Assembly (NCBI GenBank): GCA_963727455.1
Contig: CAVSGG010000007.1
Coordinates: forward strand, 64,001 to 128,000
Length of the DNA stretch: 64,000 nt
Direction: 5' to 3'
DNA from: Candidatus Krumholzibacteriota bacterium
GTDB taxonomy: Bacteria > Krumholzibacteriota > Krumholzibacteriia > JAJRXK01
How positions within the stretch are numbered: the stretch's first letter is position 1; the number at the start of each line of letters is the position of its first letter. Under the pieces are notes generated by a model, which saw only the letters and a list, made by a program, of their open reading frames with translations, was not told the origin of the DNA and made no database searches. The position numbers and the translations under genes were made by a program. Below, in pieces: positions 29,215 through 39,030 of this stretch.

Positions 29215-30258
29215 TTGTTCCCTCGTTCCCATGGGAAGAACCCATCAGGAGGGCCAGTTGGGGCGAGAGTCTCGCGAGGACCTCCACGGGGGTGTGCGAT
29301 CGAAGGTCTCGTCATTCAACACGGCGCCAACCGCTATCTGGTGCAGGCTAACTCCGAGGATGGCGGGGAAACCTGGGCCTGCGCCATTGCGGGCCGCTTG
29401 CTCCGTGGCCGTCAGGTACAGGTGCGGGTCGCCGTCATCGGCGATCGCGTTCGCTTCAGGAAGGAGCCCAGCTCGCAGGGGCTGCACGGCGTCATCCAGG
29501 AAATTCTGCCCCGGGACAACCAAATCTCGCGTCCCGCACCCAGTGGAGGACGTCGCAAGTATCAGGAGCAGGTGGTCATCGCGAACCTGGACCGCCTCTG
29601 GATCATCGCTTCTCTGGCCGAGCCAGCGCTCAATCTGATGTTCGTCGATCGAATCCTCGCGGCCGCCATCCATCAGGCGGTGGACAGTGGCTTGGTACTG
29701 AACAAGGTGGATCTGCCGGAGGCGGCCGATGCCGCCCCGGTCCGCGCGCTCTACGGATCGCTGGGGCTTCCCGTACAGCTCTGCTCGGCTCTCAAGGGTG
29801 AGGGAATCGAGGAGCTGCGCAAGGCTCTGTCCCGCGGGATCGGCGCCTTCGTTGGGCTCAGCGGAGTGGGCAAGTCCAGCCTCATTACGGCGCTGGAGCC
29901 GGGACTGAAGCTGCGCACCTCCCAGGTCGCCGAAAAGAGCGGACAGGGACGCCACACCACCTCGACCAGCCGACTCTTTCCCTTGAGCTGTGGCGGGTAT
30001 TTAGCCGACACCCCCGGCATGCGTGAGTTCGGACTGTGGGGGATGGCGCGGTCCGATCTCGCGACCTGCTTCGTCGAGTTCCGTGCGCACGAAGAAGGCT
30101 GCCGCTTCCGGGACTGTCTCCACGATCACGAACCTAGCTGCGCAGTGCGCGCGGCGGTGGAGAGGGGGGAACTGGATGCGGGTCGCTACCGGCGCTACCT
30201 CGGGCTGCTCGAAGAGCTGCCGACGAGCCTTTCGGATTGGCGCGAGCGCCGCAACTGA
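29215..30258 (+). CDS. rsgA: Ribosome small subunit-dependent GTPase A
   Basis: VIGDRV, ANLD, LNKVDL, GLSGVGKSS, GRHTT, DTPGMR, CRFRDCLH.HEP.CAV. Start uncertain. Confidence 0.95.
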   Translation: MFPRSHGKNPSGGPVGARVSRGPPRGCAIEGLVIQHGANRYLVQANSEDGGETWACAIAGRLLRGRQVQVRVAVIGDRVRFRKEPSSQGLHGVIQEILPRDNQISRPAPSGGRRKYQEQVVIANLDRLWIIASLAEPALNLMFVDRILAAAIHQAVDSGLVLNKVDLPEAADAAPVRALYGSLGLPVQLCSALKGEGIEELRKALSRGIGAFVGLSGVGKSSLITALEPGLKLRTSQVAEKSGQGRHTTSTSRLFPLSCGGYLADTPGMREFGLWGMARSDLATCFVEFRAHEEGCRFRDCLHDHEPSCAVRAAVERGELDAGRYRRYLGLLEELPTSLSDWRERRN

Positions 30259-30261
30259 GGA

Positions 30262-31419
30262 ATGGGACGGGTGAATCGCAAGCGGGACCGCTGGCTCAAG
30301 CGGGGGCTGGAATGGCTCCTGCGGCCCTTCTTCCACCGGCCGCGGCGGAGTCTAAAGGAGATCGTGGCGGAAAAGCCCGGGCGCATCCTGATCGTCCGCC
30401 AGCACAACCAAATGGGTGACATGCTCTGCGCGGTGCCGGCCATTCGCGCCATCGCCGAGACCTTTTCCGGCGCGCGGCTGGCGATCGTGACCGCACCGGT
30501 GAACGACGGCGTGGTGCGGGGCAATCCCTACCTCGAGAAGGTCTTCCTCTTCGACAAGGTGAGCTTGCGGCGCTCTCCCGCGCGAGCCATGCACTTCCTT
30601 CGCTCGCTGCGTGCCTTCGATCCCGATCTCGCGATTGTTCTCAACAGCGTGTCCTACAGCGGGACCTCCTCGTGGATCGCGGTATTGAGCGGCGCGCGGC
30701 GCATCATCGGTGGGGACAGTCGGCCCTTCGGTTGGTCCTTCAGCCAGTGGCTCTACAATCTACAGATGCCCAGCAGTGAGCGGGTGGAGGGGCACGCGAT
30801 CGATCACGGTCTGCGGCCGCTCGCGAGCATCGGAATCACCACGAACGACAGGAGTACCGTGCTCATCCTCTCGCCAGAGGACGAAGAGAGCGCGGCGCGA
30901 TTCCTTGCAACAGTGGGGGACGGGCCCTACTTCGCCGTCCACCCCGGGGCTGGAAAGCGGGCCAACCGATGGCCGGTAGAGCGATTCGCGAGCGTGGTGC
31001 AGGGCCTCTACGAGGCGGGGTGGTCGCCCTGGTGCGTGGAAGGTCCGGCGGATGGGGAGGCCACGTCCCAGCTACAGGCGCTCCTGAGCTTTCCTCTCCC
31101 CGTTCTGGGTGGGGTTTCGGTACGCACGGTGGGAGCGGCCCTGGCCTCCTCCGACCTGGCCCTGGTGAACGACACCGGCATCATGCACGTGGCTGGAGCT
31201 CTGGGGGTGCCCACCCTGGCTCTCTTCGGTCCCACACCGGCGAGTAGCTGGAAGCCTCCGGCGGAGCAGGTGGTGGCCCTACAGAGCCCTGACGGCACCA
31301 TGGAGGGGCTTTCCGAGGATCGAGTGCGGAAGGCGCTGTACGAGCTGCATCCGCTGCTCAGGGCAGCTGGCGGCTCAACTACGATTTCTTCGACGAGTCC
31401 TGATTCATCCCGGCCGTGA
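30262..31419 (+). CDS. Glycosyltransferase family 9 (heptosyltransferase-like)
   Basis: ILIVR..QMGDML, HPGAG...RWP.ERF, NDTGIMHVAGALGVPTLALFGPT. Confidence 0.92.
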   Translation: MGRVNRKRDRWLKRGLEWLLRPFFHRPRRSLKEIVAEKPGRILIVRQHNQMGDMLCAVPAIRAIAETFSGARLAIVTAPVNDGVVRGNPYLEKVFLFDKVSLRRSPARAMHFLRSLRAFDPDLAIVLNSVSYSGTSSWIAVLSGARRIIGGDSRPFGWSFSQWLYNLQMPSSERVEGHAIDHGLRPLASIGITTNDRSTVLILSPEDEESAARFLATVGDGPYFAVHPGAGKRANRWPVERFASVVQGLYEAGWSPWCVEGPADGEATSQLQALLSFPLPVLGGVSVRTVGAALASSDLALVNDTGIMHVAGALGVPTLALFGPTPASSWKPPAEQVVALQSPDGTMEGLSEDRVRKALYELHPLLRAAGGSTTISSTSPDSSRP

Positions 31420-32926
31420 CCTGCTCCAGGTAGGACTGCGCGCGCTCGTTGCCCGGATCGGCCTCCAGCGCATGCTGCCAGGCCTGTACCGCCTTCTCGG
31501 TCTCTCCCAGCTTGTGGTGCGCGTTGCCGAGATTGGTCCAGGCTGCGCTGACGTCGCAGTGGCGCCCCACCGCTTCCTTGTACATTTGGATGGCGGCTTC
31601 GTAGTTCTCCTGGAGGAAGAGCGCATAGCCCAAGTTGTTGTAGGTCGCGCCCAACTCGGGATCCAACTCGAGCGCCGACTCGAAGGCGTTCTGCGCTTCC
31701 TCATGCCGATTCAGTTCGGTCAGAGTGAGTCCCAGGTTGTTGAACGCCTGGCTGAACTGGACGTTGCGATCGATCGCTTTCTCGAAGAGACCGCGCGCGG
31801 TCTCGAATTCACCCGCGTGGTAGGCGCTCACTCCGGCATTGTTGAGACGGCGCGCCTCCTCCTTGCGCTGGCGTTCCTCTTCGGCCTGCGCGCGCTTTCT
31901 CTGATCCTCGAAGAACTCCGAGATCTCTCCGTGGCTTTTCTCGATGCGCTCACCCATGGAGCTTAGCTCTTTGGTTTCGCTTTCGATCTGGGAGATGCGC
32001 TCGTTCTGCTCCTCGCGCCAGCGGCTCAACTCGCCCGAACGCACTTCGCTGGATTCCTCGAAGGCCTTGCGCAGAGACTCGGACTGCGTTTGCACTTCTT
32101 CCTTGAGCGAGGCGATCGACTGCTCCAGCGATTCCTTGAGGGATTGCAGTTGCTCCTTCAGCAGTTGCTCCGCGCTGTCCTTTTGGTCCTGCAGAGATTC
32201 CTGCACGGCGGACTTGTAGCCCTGGGAATCAGCTTCCGCTTGCTTGCTCAGCGCCTCGTCCAGGATCTCCCGTACGCGGGAGGCGAATGCGTCGTTGACG
32301 CTCTCGTCGTGTTCGCTCAGCGCCTGCTTCAACTTCTTCTCGAATTGGTCCACCACCGTCTCGATGATAGCCCTTGTATCCTCGCTTGGAGGCTGGCTCG
32401 CGTCCGGGGCCGAGGTCGGGTTCGCGCTCCCGCTCGCATCGGAATCCGTGCTGCCATCAGATGGGCTTTCCCTGCGCAGCTCGACGTACTTGGCCAAGGA
32501 CTCCTGAAGCACCTCGGAAAGCCGCGCTGCGAGAGAATTCTCCAACAGCTCTGCCCGCCGGGAGACAGTCTCCTCGAGCTCGTCGGCATCGAACTTGGTG
32601 CCTCCCAGGCCGCGCAATTCCTCGATCTTGGCCGCGAGGATTTCTTCCATGGCCCCGCGCAGGATGGATTCCAGCTGGCCCCTCTCCTTGCTGAGCCGGT
32701 GCTCTACCTGATCCACCACTCCGTCGAGCCCGTCCGCCAGGCTGCCGCGCCAGGCCGCGTCCTGGCTGCGAGAGCTTTCCTTCACCTCGTCCACCAGACG
32801 GTCCGTGGCGTGCGCCAGCCCTTCCAGGGCCTGAAGGACTACGCGTTCGGTCGCGGGGGACTCGCTGCTCGCGCCCGGATCTTTGTCCTCAACCGTGGTT
32901 GCTTGGTTGTTGCTCTCGTCGTACAT
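31379..32926 (-). CDS. Coiled-coil protein with C-terminal TPR repeats
   Basis: Acidic heptad-rich N-terminal region; repeats such as AFNNLG, TYNNLG and AWTNLG..ALEADP. Confidence 0.8.
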   Translation of the reverse strand: MYDESNNQATTVEDKDPGASSESPATERVVLQALEGLAHATDRLVDEVKESSRSQDAAWRGSLADGLDGVVDQVEHRLSKERGQLESILRGAMEEILAAKIEELRGLGGTKFDADELEETVSRRAELLENSLAARLSEVLQESLAKYVELRRESPSDGSTDSDASGSANPTSAPDASQPPSEDTRAIIETVVDQFEKKLKQALSEHDESVNDAFASRVREILDEALSKQAEADSQGYKSAVQESLQDQKDSAEQLLKEQLQSLKESLEQSIASLKEEVQTQSESLRKAFEESSEVRSGELSRWREEQNERISQIESETKELSSMGERIEKSHGEISEFFEDQRKRAQAEEERQRKEEARRLNNAGVSAYHAGEFETARGLFEKAIDRNVQFSQAFNNLGLTLTELNRHEEAQNAFESALELDPELGATYNNLGYALFLQENYEAAIQMYKEAVGRHCDVSAAWTNLGNAHHKLGETEKAVQAWQHALEADPGNERAQSYLEQVTAGMNQDSSKKS

Positions 32927-32944
32927 GTCGGCTTCCTCTTTTGA

Positions 32945-35900
32945 CTAGAGTGTGCTCACGCGAGAGAGCACCGCGCGGTACTCCCCAGCGAGATCACTGA
33001 GATAGCGGCCGTAGGCCTCCGTGGCCCTCTCGCGGGCGCGTTCACCGTATCGTTCACTCTCGAAGAGTCTCTCGTACCGGGCATGGCATTCGGCGTGACG
33101 TTCCATGCGCTGCGCGCACTGGGCCATGCGCCACTGCAACTCTTCCTCCCAGAAGTCCTCGGCTTCGTCCATCACCGCGTGCAGGATTGCTTCGGCTCGC
33201 GTACAGCGATCCAGACGCAGGTAGGCATCCGCCAAAAGACAAGCTCTGCGCAAGCGGGCTTCGCCTTCTGTTTTGGTTTCACTGAGGAGGGTGGCCGCCT
33301 CTTCCACTCGATCGCGCTCGAGCAAGATGGCGCCGAGCTTCAGGCGTGCCTCGGCATCGTCGGGCTTGGTCTCGATCCGTTGACGGAGCGCAGCGCTCTT
33401 GTGTTCGAGCCGTTCGATCCGCCAGCGTCCCACCATGGAATAGACTTCCGTCCACTCCAGGCCCTCTTTGGTGAGGCCCCCGAAGATGCTCTGCGCCTCC
33501 TGTTGCCGGCCCACGTGCTTGAGACCTCTGGCCAGTTCGCTGCCCAGACGGACGCGGTCCTCCCCTTGGGCCGTCTCGAAGGCCTGGCGCAGCACGGCTA
33601 GACTCTCGTCCCTGCGGCCCTCCTGCCGGTACGATTCGGCCTGCCGCAGGATGAAGTTGATGTGTCCGAAGCCGCGTCGGGTCGCCGCGGAGAGACGGGT
33701 GTTCAGTTCGTGTTGCCGCTCAGGCGGGAGAGCACTCGGCTGAGGCAGAGCGTCAAAAGCTTCTTCGACCTGGCCGGCTCTCAGCAGAAGGTCGTGCTGG
33801 ATCAGTCGCAGTTCTCCGTGCTCCGGCGCATCTGCGAGAAGCGAGTTCGTGATTGCGAGCGCCGACTCCACGTCGAGCTCTTCGTGCTGAAGCGCCTGCC
33901 ACAGCAGCTCGGCGGCCTCGTCTCGTTCACCATCCTGTCCCCTGAACTGCGCCAAGCCCATGAGCAGGCCCCAGTGGGAGGGCACACGCTGCTGGAACTC
34001 CTCCAGCATGGCGCGCCTCAGTTCCACCGGATAGTTCGGGTTGGTGGACAGAGAAGCGACGAGCTCCGCCGCCGCATTCACCTGCTTGTCCGCGAGCAGG
34101 ATGCGAGCGCTGGTTCTCTGCGGCAAGAGCTCCACGGGATACTCCTGAGCGATCTTGCGCAGCTCGGCGAGCACGCGCCGGATCTCGCCCGTGTTCTGGC
34201 CGTAGAGGCGGGTCAGAATCTGGCATGCCTCTTCCAGCCGGCCCGCATTCCGTGCGGCATGCGCTGCGGTGTAGAGGAGCGAGAGGGTGGCGGAGGGGCT
34301 CTCCAGTTCACCACTCAAATCGGCCAACACACGGTCGGCAGTGTTGGAGTCGAGGCGCAGCGCGCGTTCATAGGTGCGCGCGGCTGACTCCGGATCGCGG
34401 AAACGCCGGTCGAAGTTGGCGACGAGAAGGAAGTGAGTCGCGCTCGCCGCAGGGAGTGCCAGGAGTGCGTCGAGTTGGGTCGCGACATTCGCTGACAATT
34501 CGCGGCCCAGTTCGGCAGCCTTGCAGAAGGCGGGCACTGCGAGATCGAGATCGTCCCCCGCGGCCACGCCCAAGAGGTAGCGCGCCCGGGCATTGCCCGG
34601 ATCGCTCTCCAGCAGCCCCTGAAGAACCTCGACCGCCTTGGACGGCGTGCCTTCCGTTTCGTTCAACAGCAGCTCGATGTGCGCCACCGCGTCATCCACC
34701 TGTCCCTCGTCGAGGAGTACGCACGCCTGCAAGAGGCGCAGGTCGGCCAGGCTCGCGGAGTCGATTTCCGCAAGGAGGGCACGCTTCACGAGCTCATCGA
34801 GTTGGGCGAAGCGTCCGATGCCGTACAGGGCTTCGCCGTAACCGAGCCACAACGAGGACGACTGTGGAGCATCGGCCAGCAACTGCTCGAAACGCTCGCT
34901 CAGCTCCTGAATCCGCTCGGGCTCGGCCCGCAGCGCGCGGACCAGACACCGCTCGGCCTCTTCGTGTTCTTGGGCTTCCCACAGCAGATCGAAGGCGGCC
35001 AGGTTGAGCTCCGCGTCTTCAGGGCTCTGCTGCAGCGCGCGCCGCAGTCGATCCAGGACCTCCTCGGCGAGCTGCGGCCGAGCCATCAGTAGGATCTGGA
35101 ACTCGGGCACCGCTCGCTCGACCCTGCCGCAGCTCAGAGCAGCGCAGGCCATCGGATAGCGCAGCAGTTGCGTGGCGCCGAGTTCCTTGTCCGCGCGATC
35201 CAGAATGGAGAGCAGGGTCTCGCTGTACTCTGGCATCTCGTCAAGCTGCGTCACGACGTCATCCGCGGTCCACTTCAGGTCCTCGGGGTTGTGACGCAGG
35301 AGGCCGTCGAGAGCTTCGCTCAAGAGCTCGGTCTCACCGGCGGACAGCGAGGGCTTGAGCATGGCGGAGAGCAGTCGGGCCGAAGGATGAACGCGTTGCA
35401 AACAGGTGCGGGTGACCGCGAAGAGCGCGCTCGCGTCCTCCTCCTTCTCCCACAATTCGGCCAGGGTGTCGTTGGCTCCTCGCTGTTGACCCAGACGGGC
35501 GTAGATCACCGCCTGCAGCGCGGCGAGTTCCAGACGCTCCTCGTCCGACCATTCAGGCAAGACCTGTTCGATGGCGCGAATGACCTTGTGCAGGGAGTGC
35601 TCGTCCTGATCGGGAATCTCCGTGGTGTGCTGCACCGCCGCCGCCAGGTCCTTGGCCTGCAGCGCGGCCTCGGTCAGTAGATAGGCCATCTCGGTGGAGG
35701 CCTTGGAATTTTCCTCTCCCTCACCCATGAGCGCGCGCAGCTCGCCGACATCGACATCGCCCTGGTTCTGTAGCTTCTCGATCAGCTTGGACACGCTGGA
35801 GTACCGGCGCATCACCACGAGCAAACGTAATTGAAGCTTCCAGAGGGGGACGGCAGAGGAGGCGTCGATCGACGCGGGCAGGTTCTCCAGCCGCTGCAGG

Positions 35901-36751
35901 ATCTCCGTGCGCGATTTGGGATCGGCATCGGCCGCTTCCCGGAAGAAATCCGCAGCTTCCTCACAGGAACCAGCGGCCAGCGAGAGTTCGGCCAAGGCCT
36001 TCAGCCAGGCTCCCTGGTGCTCGTCGGGCACCTTCTGTTCGCGCAGCGTTTGGAGCAGCGCCGGGGCCGTTTCGGGGCTGGCGGCCCGGATCAGGGTCTG
36101 ACAGGCCTGCTGCACTCTCTTGGCCTGGAGTTGGGCCAGACCGGTTGCGGCCAGTAGCTCGGCGCAATGCGCATGGGCCGTGAGTTCGGATTCGCAGAGA
36201 CTCGCCAGGCGTTCTCCCTCTTCGGAGGCGGCAGTGAGCAGCTCGCGCGCACGGGCCGCAAACTCCTCGGGCCGCTTTTGGGCATGCGCGACGGCCAGTT
36301 GCGCGTAGAGGCTGAATTTCAAGAGATCGGAAGAAGAGGTCGGAGCGAGTCCGGAATGACGGATCTTCAGCTTTTGCCGGTACTGTTCCAGTGCCTCGTC
36401 GTCCAGCTTCTGGACCACGGCGAAGGTGGATTCCGTATCCTCCCGCGAGAGATAGCGGTCGACCAGGAACTCCGCCAAGGGGAGAATCGGTTCGTTTTCG
36501 AAGCGCTCCTGCACGGCGTCCAGTACGCGCGCGCGACTGTCCGGAGCGGTGCGCAGGAGGTTCTTCAGCCAACGCAGTCCGCTGACGTGGTCCCCCAGGT
36601 CCAGGGCCACGTTGGCGGCTTCATACTGGTAGTGTGGTGTATCGGGGTTCTTCTTGGCCCACGATTCTAGCTGCGAAAGGGCTTTTTCCAACTGCCCCTT
36701 CTCGCGCAAACCTTGGATCTTGCGAAGATTTTTCTCGAGATTGCGATCCAT
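32945..36751 (-). CDS. Large all-helical TPR protein (about 1270 aa)
   Basis: Long ORF with GGAG RBS, rich in Leu/Ala/Glu, with many TPR-like motifs (DPGNARARYLLG, PDDAEARLKLG). Confidence 0.75.
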   Translation of the reverse strand: MDRNLEKNLRKIQGLREKGQLEKALSQLESWAKKNPDTPHYQYEAANVALDLGDHVSGLRWLKNLLRTAPDSRARVLDAVQERFENEPILPLAEFLVDRYLSREDTESTFAVVQKLDDEALEQYRQKLKIRHSGLAPTSSSDLLKFSLYAQLAVAHAQKRPEEFAARARELLTAASEEGERLASLCESELTAHAHCAELLAATGLAQLQAKRVQQACQTLIRAASPETAPALLQTLREQKVPDEHQGAWLKALAELSLAAGSCEEAADFFREAADADPKSRTEILQRLENLPASIDASSAVPLWKLQLRLLVVMRRYSSVSKLIEKLQNQGDVDVGELRALMGEGEENSKASTEMAYLLTEAALQAKDLAAAVQHTTEIPDQDEHSLHKVIRAIEQVLPEWSDEERLELAALQAVIYARLGQQRGANDTLAELWEKEEDASALFAVTRTCLQRVHPSARLLSAMLKPSLSAGETELLSEALDGLLRHNPEDLKWTADDVVTQLDEMPEYSETLLSILDRADKELGATQLLRYPMACAALSCGRVERAVPEFQILLMARPQLAEEVLDRLRRALQQSPEDAELNLAAFDLLWEAQEHEEAERCLVRALRAEPERIQELSERFEQLLADAPQSSSLWLGYGEALYGIGRFAQLDELVKRALLAEIDSASLADLRLLQACVLLDEGQVDDAVAHIELLLNETEGTPSKAVEVLQGLLESDPGNARARYLLGVAAGDDLDLAVPAFCKAAELGRELSANVATQLDALLALPAASATHFLLVANFDRRFRDPESAARTYERALRLDSNTADRVLADLSGELESPSATLSLLYTAAHAARNAGRLEEACQILTRLYGQNTGEIRRVLAELRKIAQEYPVELLPQRTSARILLADKQVNAAAELVASLSTNPNYPVELRRAMLEEFQQRVPSHWGLLMGLAQFRGQDGERDEAAELLWQALQHEELDVESALAITNSLLADAPEHGELRLIQHDLLLRAGQVEEAFDALPQPSALPPERQHELNTRLSAATRRGFGHINFILRQAESYRQEGRRDESLAVLRQAFETAQGEDRVRLGSELARGLKHVGRQQEAQSIFGGLTKEGLEWTEVYSMVGRWRIERLEHKSAALRQRIETKPDDAEARLKLGAILLERDRVEEAATLLSETKTEGEARLRRACLLADAYLRLDRCTRAEAILHAVMDEAEDFWEEELQWRMAQCAQRMERHAECHARYERLFESERYGERARERATEAYGRYLSDLAGEYRAVLSRVSTL

Positions 36752-36902
36752 GGTGCTCCCCACGCGAACTCGTAGCCTCGTAGCGCGGATCCTTCCGCGC
36801 TGAACCCCAGACGACCCCCAGAGAGCGAAAGTCGTACCAATTCACCTCAACGAAGCCGGATTCGCCGTTCGAGTCCACCTCGGGTCCAATGGCACGTGGG
36901 TT

Positions 36903-37337
36903 TCAGCGGGAGGCCAGCTGCGTCTTCGCGCCAGACGCGAGGCTGACCGCCACACTGGCGCTTCGGGCGCTCTCGTTGCGGTTCACGTCGCGTGCGGCAA
37001 TCTGGTACCAGTAGCTGTGCCCCGGCCTCACACTGCGGTCCAGTAGCGAATTGGTGGTCACCGGATCGCTACTGAGCGGAGAATAGCCGCCGTGGGGTGA
37101 TTCGCTGCGATATGCAATGTAGCCACGGAGATCGGAATCGACGGTGTTGGCGGCCCAGCTGAGGCTGACCCCTTCTCCCGGGACCAGCTGCGCCGTCAAC
37201 TCGACCGGAACGGCGGGTGGGTTCGTGTCCAGCTTGGGACTGGTTCCCGCCGTCTCATTGCCACAACCCGTGAAAAGTATTGCCAAAAGGACGATTACAC
37301 CCAGGAGGATCAAGGGAGCTCGTCGGGAAATCGCCAT
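36903..37337 (-). CDS. Lipoprotein with a fibronectin type III domain
   Basis: Lipobox LFTGC; PPAVP.EL..VSLSW..DLRGYIAYRS..YWYQIAARD...NES..S. Confidence 0.8.
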   Translation of the reverse strand: MAISRRAPLILLGVIVLLAILFTGCGNETAGTSPKLDTNPPAVPVELTAQLVPGEGVSLSWAANTVDSDLRGYIAYRSESPHGGYSPLSSDPVTTNSLLDRSVRPGHSYWYQIAARDVNRNESARSASVAVSLASGAKTQLASR

Positions 37338-37466
37338 CGCAAAAAACCTCGGATTCCAGATTCAGTTGCCAACTCAGGGCTGTGTCATCGTTCTGGACCG
37401 CCGGATCACCGGCCCACTGGCGCGGAACGGCTCCTCGGTGGCAGCAGCGCCGCTGTGTGCGCACCC

Positions 37467-37483
37467 TGCATAGGCAGTGCCAG
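37467..37483 (-). promoter_or_regulatory. Sigma54 promoter upstream of the FN3 lipoprotein / TPR genes
   Basis: Minus strand CTGGCACTGCCTATGCA with exact GG-N10-GC spacing. Confidence 0.6.
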
Positions 37484-37548
37484 ATGGACGGCGGGGAGCT
37501 GGGGCCGCCCTCGGGCCCGGCCTCGGGACAAATGGACCAAAGTGGTTG

Positions 37549-37577
37549 TTGACAATGAGTTAGATGAGGGGTATCCC
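37549..37577 (+). promoter_or_regulatory. Putative sigma70 promoter of the hup operon
   Basis: TTGACA-N17-TATCCC. Confidence 0.45.
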
Positions 37578-37661
37578 TTGAAGGGCGGTGTGAGGACTTC
37601 GCTCACGCCACCGGGGCGTTCTGCCCTGGGCCCAATGCCACTTCACTCCACGGGTGTTCCC

Positions 37662-37940
37662 ATGACTAAACAGGATATCGTCGAGGACATCGCACTGCGG
37701 ACCGGATTGACCAAGAAGGAGGTGGCGGAAGCGGTCGAGCTCTTTCTGAAGAGCGTGGGCACCGCTCTCGCCGAAGGCAAGCATTTGGAGATCCGAGGTT
37801 TCGGCACCTTCAAAGTGAAACAGCGCAAGGCGCGCATGGCGAGAAACCCCCGCACGGGCGAGGCGGTGCCGGTGCCCGAGCGCCGCGTTCCGGTATTCAA
37901 GGTGAGCAAGATGCTCAAGGACCGGGTCGCGCTGACCTAG
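37662..37940 (+). CDS. hup: HU/IHF family DNA-binding protein
   Basis: MTKQDIV..IA..TGLTKKE, EIRGFGTFKV, RMARNPRTGE.V.VP. Confidence 0.93.
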   Translation: MTKQDIVEDIALRTGLTKKEVAEAVELFLKSVGTALAEGKHLEIRGFGTFKVKQRKARMARNPRTGEAVPVPERRVPVFKVSKMLKDRVALT

Positions 37941-37985
37941 CCCGCTCGAGATCGACCGAGCGCGGGTGATTTTCGTCACGAAGCC

Positions 37986-39008
37986 ATGAAGAGTATCGAT
38001 CTACGCAGTGACACGGTCACGCGGCCCAGCACCGCGATGCGGAAAGCCATCGCCGAAGCGGAAGTCGGCGACGACGTCCACGGTGACGATCCCAGCGTCA
38101 ATTCGTTGCAGGAGAGAGTCGCGCGCGAGCTGGGCAAAGAGGCCGCTCTCTACGTTCCCAGCGGCACCATGAGCAATCAGATCGGGGTGGCGCTTCACAC
38201 CCAGCCCGGCGACCAGCTCATTCTGGAAGCTGAAAGTCACATCTACAATTACGAGGCTGGTGCTCCCGCCGCTCTCTCCGGACTGTGGCCGACCTTGGTG
38301 CCCTCACCCAGCGGGGCGCCAAAGTGGAGCGAGATCGAGAAGCGCATCGCGCCCAAGAACGCGCACAATCCGCGGCCCTCTTTGGTCTGTCTGGAGAACA
38401 CCCACAATCGCCACGGTGGTACGATCGTTCCTCTGGAGTGCATCGATGAAGTTGGCCGGGGGTGTCACGATAGAGGCTTGAAACTGCACCTGGATGGAGC
38501 GCGCCTCTTCAATGCCTCGGTCGCCACCTCGATTCCCTTGGCGCGTTGGTGCGAAAACGTGGACACGGTCTCGGTGTGTTTCTCCAAGGGACTCGGGGCT
38601 CCCGTGGGATCCTGTCTGGCGGGAAGCGAAGCGGAGATCGCCCAGGCTCAGCGGCTGCGCAAGCGTTTCGGTGGAGGCATGCGGCAGGCGGGCATTCTCG
38701 CCGCGGCCTGTCTCTATGCGCTCGACCACAACTTTGCCCGCTTGAGAGAAGATCACGCCAATGCGCGCCTGATCGCCGAAGGCCTGGATCATCCGCGGAT
38801 GAGCATTCCCTCCCTTCCACAGACCAACATCGTGCTCGTGGACGTGGATGAGGAGATCGGTGCCGAGCGTCTGCTCTCCCTGCTCGCCGAGCAAGGCGTG
38901 CGCGCGGTGGCCTTCGGTCCCAGCCGCATCCGGCTCACGGTCCATCTGGATGTCAGCCGCCAGGACTGTGAGCGCGCCCTTTCCATCCTGAACGGGCTCT
39001 CGCTCTAG
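37986..39008 (+). CDS. ltaE: Low-specificity L-threonine aldolase
   Basis: [55 protein letters not shown]. Confidence 0.95.
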   Translation: MKSIDLRSDTVTRPSTAMRKAIAEAEVGDDVHGDDPSVNSLQERVARELGKEAALYVPSGTMSNQIGVALHTQPGDQLILEAESHIYNYEAGAPAALSGLWPTLVPSPSGAPKWSEIEKRIAPKNAHNPRPSLVCLENTHNRHGGTIVPLECIDEVGRGCHDRGLKLHLDGARLFNASVATSIPLARWCENVDTVSVCFSKGLGAPVGSCLAGSEAEIAQAQRLRKRFGGGMRQAGILAAACLYALDHNFARLREDHANARLIAEGLDHPRMSIPSLPQTNIVLVDVDEEIGAERLLSLLAEQGVRAVAFGPSRIRLTVHLDVSRQDCERALSILNGLSL

Positions 39009-39030
39009 TCTCGCCTCGAAAGGATTTGCG

